Shown here in pieces: positions 20,065 to 27,486 of a DNA stretch of 64,000 nt (position 1 is the stretch's first letter; every line of letters begins with the position of its first letter). The notes below the pieces were generated by a model that worked only from the letters and a program-made list of their open reading frames with translations, had not been told where the DNA came from and did not search any database. Source of the DNA: Planctomycetota bacterium (GTDB lineage: Bacteria; Planctomycetota; Phycisphaerae; WQYP01). Position numbers and translations under genes: made by a program. Location of the stretch: assembly GCA_021805985.1 (NCBI GenBank), contig JAJZDN010000008.1, forward strand, positions 26,319-90,318, given 5' to 3'.

Positions 20065-20687
20065 GCAGCACGCGGGACATGGATCTGATCGTGCTGGTTC
20101 CCGGCAAAGATGAATCGGCGGCGTTAGAGGCGATGTTTGCTCGCCGGGAAGCAATTGGCATCCGTCCACTTCGCTACAAAATTGAGCGCCACGAGGAACG
20201 GGACCCGGGTTGTCGATTACAAGCACCCGTTTACCTGAGGTCGGCCATTACGCAGTTTGATCATGCGATCGTGATGTTTGACCGGGAAGGTTGCGGCAGA
20301 GAGCAGATGACTCGCGTGGAATTAGAGAAGGATTTGGAATCCAGGCTGGCAACTTCCGGTTGGGGTGACCGGGCGGCGGCAATTGTGATTGACCCCGAGC
20401 TTGAGAACTGGATATGGAGTGATTCACCGCGCGTGGATGATGTATTGGGCTGGAGAGGCAGAACACCTGATTTACGCCAGTGGCTGCGGGACCAACGCAT
20501 GTTGGCGGAAGGCCAGACCAAGCCGCCCCGGCCCAAAGAAGCAACGACCGCCGCCATGAAAAAAGTAATGAAGCGACGGACCTCTGATATCTACACGGAG
20601 ATCGCCTCGTGCGTGAGCCTGACGCGGTGTGTTGATCCGGCATTCTTGAAACTCTTGGGAGTTCTACGCGGCTGGTTTAAGGAGTAA
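20061..20687 (+). CDS. DUF4276/RloB-like small protein (predicted TOPRIM-like partner of the ATPase)
   Basis: ATGA translational coupling to the ATPase. About 208 aa with acidic motifs LIVLVPGKDES, IVMFDREGCGRE and IVIDPELENWIW, as in DUF4276/RloB-type TOPRIM-like proteins. The start was moved from 20010 to the coupled ATG at 20061. Confidence 0.5.
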   Translation: MSSTRDMDLIVLVPGKDESAALEAMFARREAIGIRPLRYKIERHEERDPGCRLQAPVYLRSAITQFDHAIVMFDREGCGREQMTRVELEKDLESRLATSGWGDRAAAIVIDPELENWIWSDSPRVDDVLGWRGRTPDLRQWLRDQRMLAEGQTKPPRPKEATTAAMKKVMKRRTSDIYTEIASCVSLTRCVDPAFLKLLGVLRGWFKE

Positions 20688-20693
20688 ATATCT

Positions 20694-20885
20694 ATGGCTA
20701 AGCAACCCTGGAAAGCGTGGCATGAGTTCGTGAAACCGCGGGATGACTTGCGCTCGGGCGAACTGCCGTTGCACATGTTCGCAGCCGACCTCTACGAAGT
20801 TATGATGCAGAACGGCAAGCGGCCGATCTACGAGAAGCCTGAGAACTTCTTCGCCCTGACTTTCCCCACGCACAACCTGTCTTGA
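20694..20885 (+). pseudogene. N-terminal fragment (63 codons) of a DUF499-type BREX/Pgl ATPase (brxC/pglY-like), truncated
   Basis: MAKQPWKAWHEFVKPRDDLRSGELPLHMFAADLYEVMM...ENFFALTFPT matches the conserved N-terminus of BrxC/PglY-family proteins, which are about 1200 aa. The ORF stops after 63 codons, right at the repeat block. Confidence 0.5.
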
Positions 20886-20900
20886 CGTCAATGATCGATG

Positions 20901-20918
20901 ACCACGGATCACGGATGG
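20901..20918. repeat. ACGGATC heptamer pair, inverted copy of the 21203-21290 array
   Basis: accacggatcacggatgg is the reverse complement of the downstream tgatccg repeat. Confidence 0.6.
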
Positions 20919-21030
20919 TTCTGAAGGCTATAGGCTCCGGGGGGCGGGGAAATCAGAATTTGCCAGTAATCGCAGCATTCATCAGTAGACCCAGCATTGG
21001 ACCGTGGATTCAGCATTGAGCAGCCAGCTC

Positions 21031-21087
21031 AGATTCCAGATCCCAAATTCCAAATTCCAGGTTCCAGGTTCCAGGTTCCAAATTCCC
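21031..21087. repeat. ATTCCAR heptamer tandem array (about 8 copies)
   Basis: agattccagatcccaaattccaaattccaggttccaggttccaggttccaaattcc. Confidence 0.8.
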
Positions 21088-21088
21088 C

Positions 21089-21170
21089 CTCTCCAATCGG
21101 GCCGCCGCCCGATCCGCTCTACTGCTCACCTCTCAAAATTCACCTCTCTAATCGGGCCGCAGCCCGATTT
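21089..21170. repeat. Two direct copies of a 27-bp element, each with a perfect GC-rich hairpin
   Basis: ctctccaatcgggccgccgcccgatcc and ctctctaatcgggccgcagcccgattt. Each contains the palindrome atcgggc-N4-gcccgat. Confidence 0.75.
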
Positions 21171-21202
21171 CCCGTGCCCCTCGCGCCCTATAGCCCCGGT
21201 AT

Positions 21203-21290
21203 TGATCCGTGATCCGTGATCCATGATCCATGATCCGTGATCCGTGATCCGTGATCCGTGATCCGTGATCCGTGATCCGTGATCCGTGAT
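21203..21290. repeat. TGATCCG heptamer tandem array (about 12 copies, two TGATCCA variants)
   Basis: tgatccgtgatccgtgatccatgatccatgatccg... read directly from the sequence. Confidence 0.9.
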
Positions 21291-21613
21291 AACTGATCAC
21301 CGCCCGCTATTTGAAAACCAAATAATCCCCCAAGATCGCATGGCCCGCAATCCACAACCGCCACGCGTCGCGTCCTAAACTCCTTGCCCTGCACGCAAAC
21401 TCCCCCTGTTTAGCGTCGTCGCCCGGCGACGAGCGCCGCCAATACCAGACCAACCCCACTGGTATCCGCGTAATCTGGGCAATCCGCAAAATCTGTGGAC
21501 CCTCCGCCTCCGCGCCCTCGACGACCTCTGTGGCTCTTTCCGGCTGTCCCCTGTAACCCGTAACCTCGCACGGCATCCCGCATTTAGCATTTAGCCGCGC
21601 AGCGCTTCCAAAA

Positions 21614-21646
21614 ACTTCTAACTCCTAACTTCTAACTCCTAAGTCC
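21614..21646. repeat. CTAACTY heptamer array (4 copies), inverted partner of 18452-18466, right boundary of the island
   Basis: cttctaactcctaacttctaactcctaagtcc. Confidence 0.6.
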
Positions 21647-22227
21647 GTTCTCGTAAACCCCAGAATACTAAAACCCAAAATAACTTGGCCATCTTGGCCA
21701 CCTTGAACCAAACCCTCTAAAATCAACCCCTTCCTCTACATGTCCAACCTGGCCACCTAGCCTCTTTAACCTGGCCTCCTTGGCCCCCTTTGGCCCCCTT
21801 GATATCCACCACAATGAGCAATCAATAAATGCTCACATATTCCAAACTCCTCATCCCTGCGTTTAAAAAACAGTTTTCCACCTTGCAGCCGGAAACGGGC
21901 GCGAAAACTCCCCGTCGCCCTTCCCGGCAAAACGCCAGACGCCGTCTGACAAATTGGAGGCCACTGCGATCGGCTCGGAATCAGCAAGCAAATCAGGAAG
22001 CATAATAATCCCGACACCGCCCGGACAATCCTCTCCGTTCCCTCCGCCACCTCTTGTGAATTAACGTCTTTTGCGTTCAGAATCATTGAATTGCTTTTTT
22101 TACCACGCAGGCGGGGGGTTGGGGTATACTTTGGGGCTGCGAAGGTGGCCTGGCCGCGGATGCGGTGGAATTTTGGGCGGGCGGTATAAAGAGTCCCGGT
22201 TGGCTATCGGGTTTGGAAAAGAGATTC

Positions 22228-22638
22228 ATGAGCAAAATACTGTTGGCAGTTTCCGAACAATGGACGCCGGATAAGCGCATGGACGCTCTGGGGCAGTGGG
22301 CCAATCGTATGGATGCGCCGATTATTGCGGTGCATGTGGTGGTGGGGCTTTCGGAAAGTGCCAAGGAAGATAGTCCGGGCGAACGGGCGCTTAAAGATGT
22401 TGTCATTCAGTTAAAAAAGACCAATCCGCGGGTAGAATCGCAGCTTTTATTTGCCAATGATCTGGTAGATGGACTTTTTCAGGCCGCTACCGAGCATGAA
22501 GCTACAATGATTGTGCTGGGGCTTTCCCGGCACGGTGTGCTGGAGCGGCTGATTGAAGGCAACATTCAGCGGGCGATTCTGAATAATAGCCGCCTGCCGA
22601 TTTTGGCTCTGCCACCCGATTGGAACGGCATTATCTGA
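22228..22638 (+). CDS. Universal stress protein family (UspA-like)
   Basis: About 137 aa. ILLAVSE...IIAVHVV...TMIVLGLSRHGVLERL matches the Usp alpha/beta fold pattern. Confidence 0.7.
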   Translation: MSKILLAVSEQWTPDKRMDALGQWANRMDAPIIAVHVVVGLSESAKEDSPGERALKDVVIQLKKTNPRVESQLLFANDLVDGLFQAATEHEATMIVLGLSRHGVLERLIEGNIQRAILNNSRLPILALPPDWNGII

Positions 22639-22682
22639 TTAAACGGTTGCCATGAAATATTATTTGAAGGTTTTACAAAATT

Positions 22683-25619
22683 ATGAACGCGCAAGCTGCC
22701 CCTGTGATTTCCAACGTTGATTCCCGAGCCGGCCGGAATTGGGCTTTACTGGAACCGGCGGGTGGGTTTGCCGCCCGCCATAACGGCCCGTCCGACGATG
22801 AAGTTGTGCTGATGCTGCAAACGCTCGGGCTGGCTTCCCTGGATGATCTGGTGGATAAGACCGTTCCGTCCGCCATCCGCATGAGCCGCAAACTGGCGCT
22901 GCCCGCGCCGCTTTCCGAACGCGCGCTATTGGAAAAATTAAATGTCATGGGATCGAAAAATAAAAAATTTCGGTCGCTCATCGGCATGGGCTATTACGGC
23001 TGCATCACGGCACCGGTTATACAGCGCAACATTCTGGAAAATCCGGGTTGGTATACCCAATATACGCCTTACCAGGCGGAAATTGCCCAAGGGCGGCTGG
23101 AAGCCTTGCTGAATTTCCAGACCATGATAGCAGAACTTACCGCATTACCTGTTTCCAATGCGTCCTTATTGGATGAAGCCACCGCCGCCGCGGAAGCCAT
23201 GGCCATGTGCCATTCCGTCGCCGAGCCGGGGCGTAACGTATTTTTCATCGCAGAAAATTGCCATCCACAAACCATTGACGTGGTGCACACCCGTGCCATG
23301 GGCCTGGGCATTACGCCGGTGGTCGGTGCTGCGTCACAAATAGATTGCAAATCCGGAAAAATCTTCGGCATGTTGGTGCAATATCCCGCAACCGACGGCC
23401 AGATTATTCCCCTGGATGAGCTGGCGAAGCAGGCCCATCACGGCGGAATTAAACTCGTGGTAGCAACAGATCTTCTGACCCTGACCATCCTGCGGCCGCC
23501 GGGAGAATTCGGAGCTGATATTGCCGTGGGTTCCAGCCAGCGGTTGGGAATGCCGATGGGGTACGGCGGCCCACATGCGGGTTTCCTGGCGGCACGGGAG
23601 GAATTTACCCGGAAAATGCCAGGACGCATTGTGGGTATTTCGCGGGATGTCAATGGCGAGCCGGCCTACCGACTGGCGATTCAAACCCGGGAACAACACA
23701 TTCGGCGGGAAAAAGCCACCAGCAACATCTGCACCGCGCAGGTTTTGCCGGCGATTATTTCTGCCGCGCACGCGATCTATCATGGCCCGCAAGGCCTGAC
23801 GGATATTGCCCTGCGCATCCATGCCTGGACGCTGGTTTTGGCCGGCGGATTGGAACGCATGGGCTACAAAATCATGCATGAACATTATTTTGATACGCTG
23901 CGAATTATTCCATCGCCCGGCGTAACAACCCAACAAATTATACAGGACGCCGCAACGCGGAAATTTAATTTCCGTCCATTCGGGGACGGAACTATTGGCT
24001 TATCCCTGGATGAATTAACGGATCTTGAAGAAGTGCACTCGCTACTGCATGTATTTTCGCAGGGCCGGCCTCTGCCTTATCTGCTGAATCAAGTGGTCCA
24101 GGATATGCGTATGCAATATCCAACGGCCCTGGCCCGTACCAGCCGTTTCCTGACGCATCCGGTATTTAATACCCACCATAGCGAAACCGAAATACAACGT
24201 TATTTGCGCATGCTGGAATCACGGGATCTTTCATTGACCACGTCCATGATTCCGCTGGGGTCATGCACAATGAAACTTAATGCCGCCGTGGAAATGATGC
24301 CCATCACCGCACCGCATTGGGCGGATGTACACCCATTCTGCCCGCCGGATCAGGCGGCGGGTTATCAGATTTTAATGAGCCAGCTTGAACGGTTTTTATG
24401 TGAAATTACAGGCTTCTCGGCCGTATCATTCCAGCCCAATGCGGGTTCTCAGGGCGAATACGCCGGCTTAATGACGATTCGGGCGTACCATAGCGGGCAG
24501 GGGCAATCGGGTAGAAATATCTGCCTGATTCCCGTTTCCGCGCATGGCACCAATCCGGCCAGTGCGACCGTCGCGGGTTTGCAGGTCGTGCCGGTGGCCT
24601 GCGATGCGCACGGCGATATTGATCTGCAGGATTTGCGCCGCCTAGCGCAACAGCATCAGGAAAATCTCTCCTGTCTGATGGCAACTTACCCCTCCACGCA
24701 CGGGGTATTTGAAGAGCATATCCGGGAAATTTGTGACATTGTTCATGCCCATGGCGGCCAAATTTACATGGACGGGGCCAACATGAACGCCCAGGTGGGC
24801 CTGTGTCGTCCGGCGGATATGGGGGCGGATGTCTGCCACTTGAATTTGCATAAAACCTTTTGTATTCCGCATGGCGGTGGCGGCCCGGGAATGGGTCCCA
24901 TCGCCGTGGCTGAACATCTGATTCCGTATTTGCCGGGCCACCCGGTAATTGGCATGGGCACCGCCAAATCCCTGGGAACCATTTCCGCGGCACCGTATGG
25001 CAGTGCTTTAATTCTTATTATTCCATGGGCATATATCAGTCTGATGAGTGGTTCAGGCCTGACCCGTGCCACGGAACTGGCCATCCTGAATGCCAATTAC
25101 ATGGCTGCCCGCTTAAAAGAACATTATCCGATCCGTTTTGTCGGCACACGCGGGTTCTGTGCCCATGAATTTATTGTGGATGCCAGAGAGTTTGAAGCCT
25201 CAGCGGGAATTAAAGTTGAAGACATCGCCAAGCGCCTCATGGACTACAGCTTTCACGCGCCGACCGTTTCCTGGCCGGAGCCAGGGACATTGATGATTGA
25301 ACCCACGGAAAGCGAAAGTAAAGCAGAGTTGGACCGTTTTTGTGATGCCATGATCGCGATCCGCAATGAAATAAGGGAAATTGAAAGCGGGAAAGCCGAT
25401 CGTAAAAACAACGTGCTGAAAAATGCTCCGCATACGGCGCGCATGTTGGCCAGCGAAACATGGCCCCATGGCTACAGCCGCGAAAAGGCTGCCTATCCGC
25501 TGGATTATCTGAAAGCCCATAAATTTTGGCCGGCGGTCGGGCGCATAGATAATCCGTATGGTGATCGTAACCTGGTGTGCTCCTGCCCACCGATGCCGCA
25601 AAAAGAGGAAATATCATGA
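22683..25619 (+). CDS. gcvP: Glycine dehydrogenase (decarboxylating), single-chain P-protein
   Basis: 978 aa. The region around SMIPLGSCTMKLNA, and the lysine context CHLNLHKTFCIPHGGGGPGMGP, are diagnostic of GcvP. Confidence 0.9.
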   Translation: MNAQAAPVISNVDSRAGRNWALLEPAGGFAARHNGPSDDEVVLMLQTLGLASLDDLVDKTVPSAIRMSRKLALPAPLSERALLEKLNVMGSKNKKFRSLIGMGYYGCITAPVIQRNILENPGWYTQYTPYQAEIAQGRLEALLNFQTMIAELTALPVSNASLLDEATAAAEAMAMCHSVAEPGRNVFFIAENCHPQTIDVVHTRAMGLGITPVVGAASQIDCKSGKIFGMLVQYPATDGQIIPLDELAKQAHHGGIKLVVATDLLTLTILRPPGEFGADIAVGSSQRLGMPMGYGGPHAGFLAAREEFTRKMPGRIVGISRDVNGEPAYRLAIQTREQHIRREKATSNICTAQVLPAIISAAHAIYHGPQGLTDIALRIHAWTLVLAGGLERMGYKIMHEHYFDTLRIIPSPGVTTQQIIQDAATRKFNFRPFGDGTIGLSLDELTDLEEVHSLLHVFSQGRPLPYLLNQVVQDMRMQYPTALARTSRFLTHPVFNTHHSETEIQRYLRMLESRDLSLTTSMIPLGSCTMKLNAAVEMMPITAPHWADVHPFCPPDQAAGYQILMSQLERFLCEITGFSAVSFQPNAGSQGEYAGLMTIRAYHSGQGQSGRNICLIPVSAHGTNPASATVAGLQVVPVACDAHGDIDLQDLRRLAQQHQENLSCLMATYPSTHGVFEEHIREICDIVHAHGGQIYMDGANMNAQVGLCRPADMGADVCHLNLHKTFCIPHGGGGPGMGPIAVAEHLIPYLPGHPVIGMGTAKSLGTISAAPYGSALILIIPWAYISLMSGSGLTRATELAILNANYMAARLKEHYPIRFVGTRGFCAHEFIVDAREFEASAGIKVEDIAKRLMDYSFHAPTVSWPEPGTLMIEPTESESKAELDRFCDAMIAIRNEIREIESGKADRKNNVLKNAPHTARMLASETWPHGYSREKAAYPLDYLKAHKFWPAVGRIDNPYGDRNLVCSCPPMPQKEEIS

Positions 25620-25667
25620 CTGCTATGCAAGAATTTGCCGACGTTCTTCCGGGATTAGCCCAGCGGC

Positions 25668-25787
25668 ATGACCATCGTCATTCCCAAGGAACGTAACAAC
25701 GAACGTCTGCAATCCGAACGGCTGGAACGCAACGCGCCGTGCCCGTGCGGCAGTGGAAAAAAATACAAGAAGTGTTGCGGCCGCTGA
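25668..25787 (+). CDS. SEC-C motif small protein (39 aa), not in the ORF track
   Basis: [39 protein letters not shown]. The C-terminus is a canonical SEC-C Zn-binding motif [14 protein letters not shown]. It lies between gcvP and the MFS gene. Confidence 0.45.
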   Translation: MTIVIPKERNNERLQSERLERNAPCPCGSGKKYKKCCGR

Positions 25788-25808
25788 CGCTGCGGTCCAA
25801 AAAATATC

Positions 25809-27203
25809 ATGACTGACCTACCCGATGAACCTCTTGCTGCTTCCTCCGAAGCCGGAACATCATTGCCGGAAAAAAACCGGACGCCGGATTCTTTACTTCT
25901 GCGCCTGGCCGGCGCTCCGCTGGCACCCTTGAGCACGCTCTCGGCCATAGGGCTGCCGGCAGGGACGGCTTGGGCGGGCTGGTTCGCCCTGTTAAATGCC
26001 CTTACCTGGCCGATCGTATTAGGTTCGCCGCTGTTTTTATATGCCAAAAGCCTGGGCGCTGGTGATTTAATGCTGGGTATCCTGGCGGCGATTCCACCGC
26101 TGCTGGCCATTTTACACATTCCCGGAGCACACCTTATGCCGCGCATGGGGTATCGCCGCGTCATGATCTGGGGGTGGGGTTCGCGCACCGTTTTGATTTT
26201 TCTCATGGCTCTGACCACTGTGATCTTCGCCTCCAGCACTGGCCGGCTGGCCGGCATTTTTCTCTGCATTGTTATCTTCAGTTCTTTGCGCGGTTTATCC
26301 GGCGGGGCATGGATGCCGTGGGTGACGGGGCTGATACCGCCAGATGTGCGGGGCAAGTTTTTTCTGCGTGATCAACTGTATGGTCAATCGGGAAATCTTC
26401 TGGCCCTTTTAGCCTCCACCGCTTTTCTCCTGGGTAACCCCAGTTCGCGGCAATTTGGGCTGCCTTTTTTATTCGCTGGTATTGGTGGAACCATCAGTGT
26501 GTTGTGTCTTACGCGTGTGCCGGATATTTCCGCTCCGGAGCACCATGCGCAAACCGGCGAAGTGGTGGGCATGGCGCGAATGATGTCGGAAAAGATATTC
26601 CGCCGCTTGTGTGTATTTAACGTTCTTTACATGCTGGTACTGGGCGGCCTGACGGTGTTCACGGTGGCTTTTCTGCGCGGGGTTGTGGGGTTTTCTGAAA
26701 GTGCTATTGTGCTGTTGTCCGCAATGTCTGCACTGGGCGGTATATTTTCACTGTTTTGGTGTGGTGCGGTTATTGATCGCATCGGTTCCAAACCCATTAT
26801 GCTTTTGAGTCTCGTGGCCTTTGCGGTAGTCTTCGCCGGATGGTGGGCGGTGGCCGGGAAAATTCTGCCCGCATCGCCGATAGTGGTGGGCTTTTTATAT
26901 CTGCTCATGGGGATCGCCGGCATGAATTTTTCCGCCGCCAATAATCGCCTGCAAAGCCTGAATATTCCCAAGGCCGGACGCAATCATTATTTTGCGGTGT
27001 TTCTGGCCATCGTCAATGTCGCGGCAGGGGCATCGCCGCTGATCTGGGGACTCATTCTCGAAATCATCGGCCGGCATCATGCCGCGACCGGATCGCTGCA
27101 ATGGAACCGCTACAGCATCTATTTCGCCTGCGGCACCCTCTTAACCGTGCCACTTGTGGGCCTATGCCGCCAACTGGATGAAACCGTTCAAGCGGCAGTG
27201 TAA
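25809..27203 (+). CDS. MFS transporter
   Basis: Twelve predicted TM segments. MFS-like motifs GYRRVMIWG and LSGGAWMPW in loop 2-3. Confidence 0.7.
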   Translation: MTDLPDEPLAASSEAGTSLPEKNRTPDSLLLRLAGAPLAPLSTLSAIGLPAGTAWAGWFALLNALTWPIVLGSPLFLYAKSLGAGDLMLGILAAIPPLLAILHIPGAHLMPRMGYRRVMIWGWGSRTVLIFLMALTTVIFASSTGRLAGIFLCIVIFSSLRGLSGGAWMPWVTGLIPPDVRGKFFLRDQLYGQSGNLLALLASTAFLLGNPSSRQFGLPFLFAGIGGTISVLCLTRVPDISAPEHHAQTGEVVGMARMMSEKIFRRLCVFNVLYMLVLGGLTVFTVAFLRGVVGFSESAIVLLSAMSALGGIFSLFWCGAVIDRIGSKPIMLLSLVAFAVVFAGWWAVAGKILPASPIVVGFLYLLMGIAGMNFSAANNRLQSLNIPKAGRNHYFAVFLAIVNVAAGASPLIWGLILEIIGRHHAATGSLQWNRYSIYFACGTLLTVPLVGLCRQLDETVQAAV

Positions 27204-27486
27204 AGATCCGGTGAGGCCCTATTCGATAGGCCGCCTCATACAACACCAACTTTAGCGCCGAAACGTGCATGAGGAGATCTTCATCAATCCGCAGCCCACT
27301 CCAACCTGAAAATAGGACATCAATGCCCTTCACGGGCTTAGCTCGGACTGGCTACTGGACGTAAGTCCGTCGCCTCACTGTCGCCTCACTCCCTGACGCT
27401 TCACTTGGCGAAGTTGGTAAAGCGGTTTATTCTTCTGCTGATGCAAATAATTCATGCAGCAGGAATTTGCGACTCTTTTAGTGAGA

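Noticed and set aside
20901-21290. Possible CRISPR array in the repeat block
   Set aside because: The repeat unit is 7 bp with no unique spacers, and no cas genes are present. These are microsatellite-type tandem repeats.
22639-22682. Glycine riboswitch upstream of gcvP
   Set aside because: Only 44 nt separate usp and gcvP. This is too short for a glycine riboswitch aptamer, and no conserved aptamer core was seen.
25655-26356. 233-aa antisense ORF overlapping the MFS transporter gene
   Set aside because: It is a shadow ORF opposite a well-supported CDS. Its composition is Arg/Pro/Ser-rich, typical of antisense frames in GC-rich DNA. Other internal antisense ORFs were rejected for the same reason, for example 963-1319, 8234-8560, 10549-11106, 19604-20161 and 28477-29028.
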